The translations under genes were made by a program, and so were the position numbers. A DNA stretch of 26,796 bases from an uncultured Nitrospinaceae bacterium (lineage in GTDB: Bacteria; UBA8248): NCBI GenBank assembly GCA_964005815.1, contig CAXFSR010000054.1:1-26796 (forward strand). Direction: 5' to 3'. The notes under the pieces were generated by a model. The model saw only the letters and a list, made by a program, of their open reading frames with translations, made no database searches and was not told the DNA's origin. Positions 18,221-26,628 of this stretch are shown here, piece by piece (positions within the stretch are counted from its first letter, which is position 1; each line of letters begins with the position of its first letter).

Positions 18221-19609
18221 TCATACAAACAAACGCTGATACATGTCTGAACTGAAGATGCTCTCTTTATCATATTTTTCTTTAAGTTCTTGAAACAAAT
18301 TACGTTTAGGATACATAGCCTCAAAAAAATCTTTGGTAATCATTTCATCTTTAGCTAGATAAAATTTACCTTCCAGATTTGTTGTCAGAATCAACAATTC
18401 TTTTTGAAATTCTTTTATTTTTTCTATTTTCCTATTCCTTAATTGTATATCTATACCAAGACTGAACGCATCATCGGAATAAGAAATCATAAAATCATCT
18501 TTGCCATGCAGTTTCACTCCACATAATAAACTCTCAGAGTCGTATTTTTGACATAATTTAATAATATCAACCATGGGTTTTGCTCCGTGTCTTCTAGGTA
18601 TCATAGGCTGAAACTCTAAAAATCCATGAGGACGATATACATGTTTTAAATTTGGAATTTTGTGATGCATAAAATTCCAATCCGTAAACAACATAATTTT
18701 CTTTTTTCGATCAATCATCTTAGCCAACAAATAATGTAATTTATTAACTTTTTTTATTGAAGAAGGTAGGAAAAAAGGTCTCAAAAGAAACCAAGTTGGT
18801 CCTGATGGGAAAATACCAAAAACACGATTAGGCACTTTACAGGAGTTAGAAACTAAATTGGAATCAACTTTCACGTCACTTTCTATCCACTTTGCGGCGG
18901 TAACATAGCCTCTGCCTAAACTCTTTCCTCTAGGAAAACAGTCAACCCAAGAAACTAAAAAATCAGAGGTCTCTCTTAATTTCTCAATCTTTTCTATTGT
19001 TTCAGAAATATCTTTGGAAACAAAACTTGAAACCTCCACAAAAGGGGAAGGTATTTTCTTAAGTGTTAATGTTATTTCAAGTATTATACCTAATAGGCCC
19101 ATACCTCCTATTACTGCATAAAATAAATCTACATTTTCATTTTCATTGAGAGTTAAAATACTTCCATTGGAAAGTAATAATTTCATATCTTTCACTAAGG
19201 CGCCAAAATTTCCACTTTTCCATGAATCCTTACCATGTACATTGTTTGATACCGCTCCACCAACTGTAATATCTCCTCCAGGACAAGCACTTAGCGTCCA
19301 ATTATCAGGCAAACTCTTTGTGAAAATATCTGAGAATTTGGCTCCAGGTTCAACAATCATCTCACCAGTTTCCCGATTCCATGATAGAATTCGATCCATT
19401 CTTGATAGATTAAGAACGATTTCGTTTGTATTTAGAATCATATCTCCATAACTATAACCACTTGCTCTGTTACATATTGTCTTTTGATTGTTTTTTGCAA
19501 AGGTTAAGACTTCTTTTAATTCTTCAATTGATTTTGGATATGCCACGAGACATTTACTTTTTAAATTTTCTGTAAAAGAAGTTATCGTCTCTTCTTTAAT
19601 TTGAACCAT
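18221..19609 (-). CDS. FAD-binding oxidoreductase, DprE1 (decaprenylphosphoryl-ribose 2'-oxidase)-like
   Basis: SGYSYGD, PG...TVGGA....VHGK, LF.A..GGMGL.G.I, Y...GF..FQ and C-terminal G.FYLAKD, matching the DprE1 subfamily of VAO flavoproteins. RBS GAGG. Confidence 0.82.
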   Translation of the reverse strand: MVQIKEETITSFTENLKSKCLVAYPKSIEELKEVLTFAKNNQKTICNRASGYSYGDMILNTNEIVLNLSRMDRILSWNRETGEMIVEPGAKFSDIFTKSLPDNWTLSACPGGDITVGGAVSNNVHGKDSWKSGNFGALVKDMKLLLSNGSILTLNENENVDLFYAVIGGMGLLGIILEITLTLKKIPSPFVEVSSFVSKDISETIEKIEKLRETSDFLVSWVDCFPRGKSLGRGYVTAAKWIESDVKVDSNLVSNSCKVPNRVFGIFPSGPTWFLLRPFFLPSSIKKVNKLHYLLAKMIDRKKKIMLFTDWNFMHHKIPNLKHVYRPHGFLEFQPMIPRRHGAKPMVDIIKLCQKYDSESLLCGVKLHGKDDFMISYSDDAFSLGIDIQLRNRKIEKIKEFQKELLILTTNLEGKFYLAKDEMITKDFFEAMYPKRNLFQELKEKYDKESIFSSDMYQRLFV

Positions 19610-19664
19610 TTAAAATACTATCCTCATTTAAAACAATTATTTAACGACATATAGTTAAATTAAC

Positions 19665-20972
19665 TTAAAGATATTTTTTGCCTTTTGGAAACAATTTCAA
19701 AAGGGAATATGAAGCATAAATAATGAGATACGTATCTAAATAAAGTCTGTAAGTTGTATGCGCCCAGGCTATAGCAGAAACTAATGCGAAGGAAAAAAAC
19801 ATAAAATAAAAAATACTATGCTCCCTCTTTTGTCTCCTACCTAAATATATTCCTATAATTCCAAAGAACAATACTGGAGTATAGGACAACGTATAGAAAA
19901 AACGCTTAAAGAAATTTTCACTGGTTGGAGAAAGCATAGGACTAAAACCTGCGAAAATTTTTACAGCGGCATATTTCATTTCGAGAAATGGATTTTTAAA
20001 AGCAAAATCTAATGCTCTTCTTGTAAATTCATCGTTCTGCTCAAAAACGGTCATTTCCTCTAATTTTTTTCTATCCTCTTTTGTTATTCTAGCTAAGGCT
20101 TTGTGAGTACTCATACAGAGAGTTGACCATGGATAATATGAAAGTGTATCAGGATTATGAGCTGTCCATAACTGTACCCCTGAACCTATTTTAAAAACGG
20201 CTTTGCCATGGACAAAATAATTACGCACTATCCACGTGGAAATAACTAAAATAAAACAGACAGAGAACAAAAGAAGCCTTTTTGTTATTTCACTATATTT
20301 CTTATTTGAGTTTAATAAGAACCAAATAATTACAAAAGGAAAAAGAATCAACATCGTTTCTTTTACCAGCGCTGTCAAACCAAGTGAAATGCCTGCATAG
20401 ATAAAATCTATTTTTCGACGATCATCAATTGCTTTAAAAAAACAGAAAATTGACAAAGCCATAAGAAAAGTTAAAAAAGAAGTTTCTTGTAATGCAGTAT
20501 CATGAACCACGTAGTATGGATAAATTGAAACTAGTAAAGATGATAAAATAGCAACATTATTATTAAATAAACGTTTAGCAATTTGGAAAATTAAAAAAAC
20601 TGAACAAGTTCCAATTAACGAGTGGAACAATATTGGGGGCAGTGAATTTTTTCCAAATAGAAAATAAAATAATGATAAGAACAGGGGATAAAGAGGAGGA
20701 CGCATAGCATGAACAAATCCATCTGAACCAGGAGAAGAAGTCAATCCTTTTCCTTCCACAAAATTTATTGCAATTTCACTGTATTGACTATAACCGCTTC
20801 CCCACCAATTGACTGGAACAATATCCAGAAAAGGAATCCCAAAATAATATTTGAAAACTCCAAAACCAAATCTCAAGGAAAACGCAAGAAAGAATAAAAA
20901 GAATAGAACCTTCCTAGGAGACCAAATCTCGGACTTATTATCTTCTAGAAGAATCATCATCATACTCCTCAT
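19665..20972 (-). CDS. ArnT/PMT-like (GT39/GT83, GT-C fold) glycosyltransferase
   Basis: LR in TM1, Y...A.N...GKG, RPPLYP.FL, ET, L..LVK, W.VRN, R....D. Multi-TM topology. Confidence 0.82.
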   Translation of the reverse strand: MRSMMMILLEDNKSEIWSPRKVLFFLFFLAFSLRFGFGVFKYYFGIPFLDIVPVNWWGSGYSQYSEIAINFVEGKGLTSSPGSDGFVHAMRPPLYPLFLSLFYFLFGKNSLPPILFHSLIGTCSVFLIFQIAKRLFNNNVAILSSLLVSIYPYYVVHDTALQETSFLTFLMALSIFCFFKAIDDRRKIDFIYAGISLGLTALVKETMLILFPFVIIWFLLNSNKKYSEITKRLLLFSVCFILVISTWIVRNYFVHGKAVFKIGSGVQLWTAHNPDTLSYYPWSTLCMSTHKALARITKEDRKKLEEMTVFEQNDEFTRRALDFAFKNPFLEMKYAAVKIFAGFSPMLSPTSENFFKRFFYTLSYTPVLFFGIIGIYLGRRQKREHSIFYFMFFSFALVSAIAWAHTTYRLYLDTYLIIYASYSLLKLFPKGKKYL

Positions 20973-20998
20973 TTAAAACGATTTAACTTATCGGCCAG

Positions 20999-21616
20999 TC
21001 ACTTAAAACAAGAAAGAATACAATGAGGATAAGTGAAATTTAATAAATCGTACCTAACATTCGATTCTACTTTTTCAAAACTATTCTTCGCTAAGTTTGA
21101 ATAATCTTCGGCTGTTCTAATACTTGTTCCACGATCAAATTTAATTAAAATTTTTGCGAAGAGAGTCGCATCTAAAACAAGACACGGATCCATAGAAATC
21201 AATCTCCCACCTTTTTTAAGGAATTTTTTTGAAGAATCAAGAAGTTGAATCACTTCCTCGTCTTCCATATGATGCATTAAATTATAAGCTAAAATTATAT
21301 CGAATTGTTCATCTTCAGGCAGATCAATAGAAGTAGCGTTACTAACAAAGAATTTGCCCTTCCCTGCATATAATTCTCTAGCACTTTCTATATACGATTC
21401 ATTGAAATCCACACCAACATATTCAACATCAGACAAAATTTCCAACATCTTTCCAGGCCCACAACCAATATCCAAAATCATTGAATTTTTTTCAGGGCGA
21501 ACATATTCATCTATAACCATGCGTCTGGCCACTTTGTGACCAACTGCTGTTTGCAGTGCTTCGTAGAAAAAAGGATGTTCAAGAACTCTTCTTATACCAG
21601 TAGAAACATGCCCCAT
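20999..21616 (-). CDS. Class I SAM-dependent methyltransferase
   Basis: ILDIGCGPG, YVGVD, FD, LMHH, LKKGGRL...DP, DRG..IR. Confidence 0.88.
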   Translation of the reverse strand: MGHVSTGIRRVLEHPFFYEALQTAVGHKVARRMVIDEYVRPEKNSMILDIGCGPGKMLEILSDVEYVGVDFNESYIESARELYAGKGKFFVSNATSIDLPEDEQFDIILAYNLMHHMEDEEVIQLLDSSKKFLKKGGRLISMDPCLVLDATLFAKILIKFDRGTSIRTAEDYSNLAKNSFEKVESNVRYDLLNFTYPHCILSCFK

Positions 21617-21623
21617 TTAAACC

Positions 21624-22784
21624 TCAAGATATTTTTTCTTCTTTAAACCAAGATTTATAGGTCGAACTCAAAAGTGCAGTAATCAAAGAAGAATGAAAAT
21701 CAAAATCAAAGAACTTATCCACTAAAGAAATAACTCCATTTCTTTTTGCGAGATTAACTATAGAATCAATTCTTTCGTCGTTCATTCTAGAAAAAGCTTT
21801 ATGAAATTTTAAAGCTATATTTTGTTCATTCAAAATTTTCTTCTTCCATTCAATTTCATAAAACGAAAAAACAGATTCATCAAACTTGTCAATTTCAAAA
21901 GCTCTCTGAATGGTTTTCGCTGCAATCTCTGCACAAACAAAACCGTAATATATTCCCCCAAAAGTTGTGGGTTTAATCTGCCCTGCTGCTTCACCAACTG
22001 CAATAATCCTATTAGTGAAACTCTTAGACAAAGAACTCATAGGAAGAAGACTAACTTTCATCTTTGAAAGAGTATCTATCCTCCCACCAAAAAAATCATT
22101 TTTCAAAAACTTCTTTAAATAATGACCAGCTTTATTTTTTGAGATTAGCCCAATCTTACATCTTTTTTCAGAGGAAGGTGCAATCCAAGCGAAAAAATCA
22201 GGTGCAATATCACGTCCTAGAAAGATCTGTGTTTCTTCTAAAGAATCGAAAGAAGCTTCCACCTGCGCTCCTTGTACAAAATTTTCAATTTCACCTAGCC
22301 CAATTTTTCCAATAATCTTAGAACCAAAACCAGTAGCTAAAACACACATTTTAGAATGAATGTTTTGCCTTCGACCATCAACATTGACACTTAACTGAAC
22401 ACTTGAATCACTAATTACTAAATCTTCTACTAAACAATTCATTTTATACTTCACACCCTTTTCTTTCGCATTACTACATAATTCTTTATCAAAAGAAGCT
22501 CGGTCAACTACATAAGCTAAAGGTCTTTTGGGAGAGTATTTTATAGTAGAACCAGATGGAGAGTGAACAACAATATCCTGCATTTTCCTCTGGATTACAT
22601 GCTTGGGAAGATTGAAATTCTCAAATGATTTCAACCCAATGATGCCAGAACAGTTTACTGAATCAGCAACATCAATATCTTTATCAACAACCAAAACTTC
22701 AAGACCGAGATCGGAAAGAAGTGTCGCGAGATACGACCCTACACAACCAGCACCAACCACTACAACGTCAACCAATATTTTCAT
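21624..22784 (-). CDS. Geranylgeranyl reductase family FAD-dependent oxidoreductase
   Basis: VVGAGCVG, NCSG, DR..FD..L, ATG, FFAWIAP (YxWxFP-like), GEAAG..KP.T.GGI. RBS AGGAG. Confidence 0.85.
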   Translation of the reverse strand: MKILVDVVVVGAGCVGSYLATLLSDLGLEVLVVDKDIDVADSVNCSGIIGLKSFENFNLPKHVIQRKMQDIVVHSPSGSTIKYSPKRPLAYVVDRASFDKELCSNAKEKGVKYKMNCLVEDLVISDSSVQLSVNVDGRRQNIHSKMCVLATGFGSKIIGKIGLGEIENFVQGAQVEASFDSLEETQIFLGRDIAPDFFAWIAPSSEKRCKIGLISKNKAGHYLKKFLKNDFFGGRIDTLSKMKVSLLPMSSLSKSFTNRIIAVGEAAGQIKPTTFGGIYYGFVCAEIAAKTIQRAFEIDKFDESVFSFYEIEWKKKILNEQNIALKFHKAFSRMNDERIDSIVNLAKRNGVISLVDKFFDFDFHSSLITALLSSTYKSWFKEEKIS

Positions 22785-22805
22785 CTCCTAAAATCATTTT
22801 TACAA

Positions 22806-23453
22806 CTACATCTTTTTTCCTCGATGTTCCCACTTGCCTCTCAACGTTATCAAAACAGAAAAAACAATAAGTCTCAAATCCAGCAAAAAACTTTTCTTCT
22901 TAATGTATAAAAGATCATATCTGAATTTATTTCTTCTTGGAGTGTCATGACTTCCATATATCTGAGCTAATCCAGTCAAACCAGGAACCACCGACAAGCG
23001 TTCTTCTGCGCCAGGAAATTCGGATATTTCTTTAAATGTGCCATCCCCTAAAGCTTCTTTTTCTCCAGGCCTTAATGCACGAGGTCCCACGAAACTCATA
23101 TCACCTAAAAAGATGCTAATCAGTTGAGGCAATTCATCTAGAGCGGTAGAACGGAGAAAAAATCCTATCTTCGTAATTCTCGGATCATTCTCAGATGACT
23201 GAATAGGACCTACCCCTTTTTCTGCATTTTCAATCATAGAACGAAATTTCCAAATTCGAAAAATCTTTTGTTCTTTTCCAATTCTCTTTTGAGCATAAAA
23301 AACCGACCCACCATCCTCAAGCTTAATTAATAAAGGAACAATGACCCAAAGAGGACTTGAAATCAGTAAAGCTACAAGAGACAAAAAAATATCCATTAAT
23401 CTTTTCATTTTCCTTAATCTCTCGGGCATATAACCAATACAGCAAAGGAACAA
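22806..23453 (-). CDS. Monotopic phosphoglycosyl transferase (sugar transferase, PglC/WcaJ catalytic-domain type)
   Basis: KR.MD, SP re-entrant helix, F.Q.R.G, KFRSM, DPRIT, LDELPQL (DE dyad), GDMSFVGPR, PGLTGLAQ. True start probably ATG 23429 or 23408. Confidence 0.92.
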   Translation of the reverse strand: MFLCCIGYMPERLRKMKRLMDIFLSLVALLISSPLWVIVPLLIKLEDGGSVFYAQKRIGKEQKIFRIWKFRSMIENAEKGVGPIQSSENDPRITKIGFFLRSTALDELPQLISIFLGDMSFVGPRALRPGEKEALGDGTFKEISEFPGAEERLSVVPGLTGLAQIYGSHDTPRRNKFRYDLLYIKKKSFLLDLRLIVFSVLITLRGKWEHRGKKM

Positions 23454-23485
23454 AAGAAGATAGAAACCTGAAAATTAATACCGAT

Positions 23486-24094
23486 TTAATCTTTGTTTTC
23501 TAAAAAAGTTTCTTCAAACTCATATATTTTCGTAACTGGTCCTTTTTTTCCACTCCAAACATCCTCATATTCTTCTAAAGCTTCTTCATATAGTGTGTGT
23601 ATTTCGGGAGCACATGTGTCATTATCAAAACCACCCACTAAATTTCTTGTCTTTTGAATCTCAAGATCCTCTTGCCACATAGAACTGAATCTAAAATTCA
23701 CAAACTTAGCAAACAGAGAAGGAAAATAAGAGACTAATTTTGGCACCTCTATAATGTACTTGTTGTGAGTAAGCACGAAGTCTCCATCCTGTTCAACAGA
23801 CAAATGATAATATATTTTCCTTCCTGAATCAGTATCCATATAAATCTGCTTATACAAAAAGTTTTCACGATCAAGAACTCTAATTGCAACAAAAGTTCTA
23901 GAAAAAGGCAGGTATGGAAGCACCAAAGATTTGTACAAAAAGATTTGTATATTTGAATTGTCTAAAATCACTTGCATTGCTCTAATCTGTTTTGGATGTG
24001 TATGAACAAAATGCACATAATCTTGCGCATTATCCCAAACAATATCCAAAGGATATTTAACCTTAGTTACTCTGTTTATTCTTATTTTTACCAT
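23486..24094 (-). CDS. Stand-alone Rieske-oxygenase-type catalytic domain (SRPBCC/Bet v1 fold, mononuclear Fe)
   Basis: DNAQDYVHFVHTH matches N-x2-D-x2-H-x4-H (N22, D25, H28, H33), and a helical WQED supplies D143 as likely carboxylate ligand. No Rieske motif in this ORF. Confidence 0.7.
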   Translation of the reverse strand: MVKIRINRVTKVKYPLDIVWDNAQDYVHFVHTHPKQIRAMQVILDNSNIQIFLYKSLVLPYLPFSRTFVAIRVLDRENFLYKQIYMDTDSGRKIYYHLSVEQDGDFVLTHNKYIIEVPKLVSYFPSLFAKFVNFRFSSMWQEDLEIQKTRNLVGGFDNDTCAPEIHTLYEEALEEYEDVWSGKKGPVTKIYEFEETFLENKD

Positions 24095-24342
24095 GGCAAA
24101 TTTTTAGCTCTATGAAAAGAACCATCTTTCAAATCATATTTACATCCATGAAAATGACATACAAGATAATCTCCTCTTATCTTCGCATTTCTCAAATCTG
24201 CCCCTTGATGAGGACAAACTTTTGGAATCTTAGACTCAGTAGTAGAACCACAAACAATCATCTCATCTTTTCCGGTCAGTATTTTTTTTCTAAGAGTTTT
24301 ATACTTAAAAATAAAATATAATCTAAAAAAAAACTTTCTCAC
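24088..24342 (-). CDS. Minimal Rieske [2Fe-2S] domain protein
   Basis: C43-P-H45-x16-C62-H-F-H65 followed by G..YD..DG. GTG start with AAGGA upstream. Confidence 0.85.
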   Translation of the reverse strand: MRKFFFRLYFIFKYKTLRKKILTGKDEMIVCGSTTESKIPKVCPHQGADLRNAKIRGDYLVCHFHGCKYDLKDGSFHRAKNLPW

Positions 24343-24386
24343 TTTTTTTCAATCCTTAACTAAAATTACTTTTTGCAAAACCGAAA

Positions 24387-25109
24387 TCAATCACTATTTC
24401 TCTCAAACTTTGCAACATAACTTCCACAAAGCAATTTATTGAAAATAGGGAATTTTTCTACAACAGGTTCAAAAAATTTAAGAGTATGTGCAATATAATC
24501 AGGGCAGAACAAGGGAACTAGATTGCAAAATTTGTAGTCTGACATCAAAAATTGTGACTTCTTAAACTGAGAAATCAAAAAACTCGGCGAAATCACCTTT
24601 TCACCCCTCTGAATATGCCATTTCGATATCTTCAAAACAACTCTCACCATTACATTATAGGCATTCGGTTCCAAAACTACGACTTCTCTTGCAATTGAAC
24701 TAATGTTAGCAATTCCTGCGCTAATATCATCTAAATGGTGAAGAACTCCACGAACAATAGCAATATCGAAAAACTTACCTGTTTTTTTTAAATCATATAT
24801 ATCTTCTACTGCAAACTCAATTTTACTATTAGTTCCTATATTTTTTTTAGCAACATCTATTGAAAGTTCAGAATTATCAATTCCTAGAATTGAATTTGGA
24901 GAAAATTTCAAAAACTCTGATGTAAATACCCCATCTCCACAACCTACATCAATAATTTTTTTTCCCTTAAAGTCCGTTATATTAGCAATTGAAGCAGACA
25001 ACCTAGAACCATTCATCTGACAAGACAACTGAGCAGATGTGTTGTACAAGTTTCCGCCACTATTAGAAATCTCTCTATCAAAAATGTCTCTGCTATTTCT
25101 CTCTGTCAC
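24387..25109 (-). CDS. Class I SAM-dependent methyltransferase
   Basis: IIDVGCGDG, GID.S, FD, GVLHH, EPN. GTG start overlaps the upstream stop codon. Confidence 0.88.
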   Translation of the reverse strand: MTERNSRDIFDREISNSGGNLYNTSAQLSCQMNGSRLSASIANITDFKGKKIIDVGCGDGVFTSEFLKFSPNSILGIDNSELSIDVAKKNIGTNSKIEFAVEDIYDLKKTGKFFDIAIVRGVLHHLDDISAGIANISSIAREVVVLEPNAYNVMVRVVLKISKWHIQRGEKVISPSFLISQFKKSQFLMSDYKFCNLVPLFCPDYIAHTLKFFEPVVEKFPIFNKLLCGSYVAKFERNSD

Positions 25110-26620
25110 TAAAATCCCCCTTTTGACGAAAGAGAGCGCAAACTAATACCGAATGAAACACAGAACAAAAAAGCTACCATAACTTTAGAATATGCGAAAA
25201 TATCTTCAGTTATCGCGAAGAATGCAAGTCCAAGCACTGAGCCTTGCACACATGAAATCAGAAGATACCTTAAATTCTCTCTACTGGAAAAATTAACGTT
25301 TAACCTCTGAACAAAAGCAAAAATTAGAAGAATAAATGCAAGAAAACCTCCTATACCTAGCTCAACTAACTTTAAAAGATAAAAATTATGAGCAGAAACA
25401 TTTCGAATCTTTCCATAAGGTTTTCTATATTTTGGAATGTTTTCACCCATCTCTTTTTGTTCATAATGCAAAAAATGCATTTGAAAAGAATCTACCCCAG
25501 TACCCTTCCATAAATTTTCATCAACCATTTTCAAACTTCTAAAGAAAATATATTTCCTGTCACGTACAGATGACTCTATCCAAGTTGAAAAACTTTTTAT
25601 TCCTATCTTTTCCTGGGAAAGATGAAATATAGAAGGAAAAATTATAGATACTAAAAGCAAAAGTGCAGCAATAAAAACAACAGACTTTTTTGACCTGTAT
25701 TTCCAAAATATGAATAAAAAACATATAAAAATCCCTATCATCGCACCTTTGCTATAACATAAAGTAAAGGCCATTAACTGGATAAAACCACTTGCGATCC
25801 ACCTTTTTTTGCCTATAAATTCTTCACTAATAGAAATGGAAAAAGTCAGAGGTATGGATAAAAGCAAAATAGCTGAAAAGAAATGTCTGTGCGGAATTGG
25901 ACCAGGAACAGACAATCCTCCAATCCCAGAAAAACCAGACATTGAAAAAAGATGAACAAGTTCTTCAAACTTTGGAATAATCCCTAAAAAGAAAAGTAGA
26001 AAATTTCCCAAAGTGAGAAAACAACAAAGTGTCACACCACCAACAAAGCAACTCGCGAAAAGGATTGCATTGTTTTTATTTCTTCCTAAAGTTAGTACTG
26101 CACAAAAGTAAACAAGATACATTGTTTGTTCAAAAATAGTCCAAAGTTGAACAAATGGTTTGTATCCAGGATTCCAGAGAAAAGAGAGAAAATGAAAAAA
26201 CACATATAAACAAAAAAATCCTAATATTACTCTTTCTTTTGGCAAAGAAAGTTTGGATTTTAAGAAGTGGATAATAAAGAAAAAATTAACGAGTACTAAT
26301 GCAACTCCATCAAAGTGAATGCCCTTTCTCTCCCAGCCATAAAAAATAAACTCCGCAAATCTAATATCTGAAATCAAAAAGTTTATATTTATCACAGGCA
26401 CAAGGAAAATATGGAACGCGACTGCTTTTTCAATATTTGTAATTCCTAAAAATGTTAAAACAAAAAAAAGAACAAGAAAAAAAATAGAAACAGGTAAAGA
26501 AAAAAAGGAAAATGAGTAAATACTGAAGAAAACCAAACTTACGACAAAAACAGGAATCAAAATCTTAATAGACCTAGCATTAAAAGTAAAAATTTTTTTA
26601 CCTTTCATAGGAAAAAACAC
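25109..26620 (-). CDS. O-antigen ligase (WaaL/Wzy_C) family membrane protein
   Basis: About 12 TM segments, SKG (SR-like), R...F.....M......GTG..F, AHNFYL..LVELG.GG periplasmic His motif. Confidence 0.85.
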   Translation of the reverse strand: MFFPMKGKKIFTFNARSIKILIPVFVVSLVFFSIYSFSFFSLPVSIFFLVLFFVLTFLGITNIEKAVAFHIFLVPVININFLISDIRFAEFIFYGWERKGIHFDGVALVLVNFFFIIHFLKSKLSLPKERVILGFFCLYVFFHFLSFLWNPGYKPFVQLWTIFEQTMYLVYFCAVLTLGRNKNNAILFASCFVGGVTLCCFLTLGNFLLFFLGIIPKFEELVHLFSMSGFSGIGGLSVPGPIPHRHFFSAILLLSIPLTFSISISEEFIGKKRWIASGFIQLMAFTLCYSKGAMIGIFICFLFIFWKYRSKKSVVFIAALLLLVSIIFPSIFHLSQEKIGIKSFSTWIESSVRDRKYIFFRSLKMVDENLWKGTGVDSFQMHFLHYEQKEMGENIPKYRKPYGKIRNVSAHNFYLLKLVELGIGGFLAFILLIFAFVQRLNVNFSSRENLRYLLISCVQGSVLGLAFFAITEDIFAYSKVMVAFLFCVSFGISLRSLSSKGGF

Positions 26621-26628
26621 ATAAAATT

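Noticed and set aside
24325..24333. A9 homopolymer at the 5' end of the Rieske gene as a phase-variation tract
   Set aside because: A/T runs of 7-9 are common throughout this AT-rich window (e.g. in dctP near 11468) and the frame is intact.
588..25542. Numerous short antisense or alternate-frame ORFs in the track (e.g. 588-776, 837-1055, 1658-2062, 2026-2286, 8801-9094, 15657-16094, 19146-19451, 24112-24321)
   Set aside because: They lie largely or wholly within well-supported genes and have no motifs; treated as shadow ORFs.
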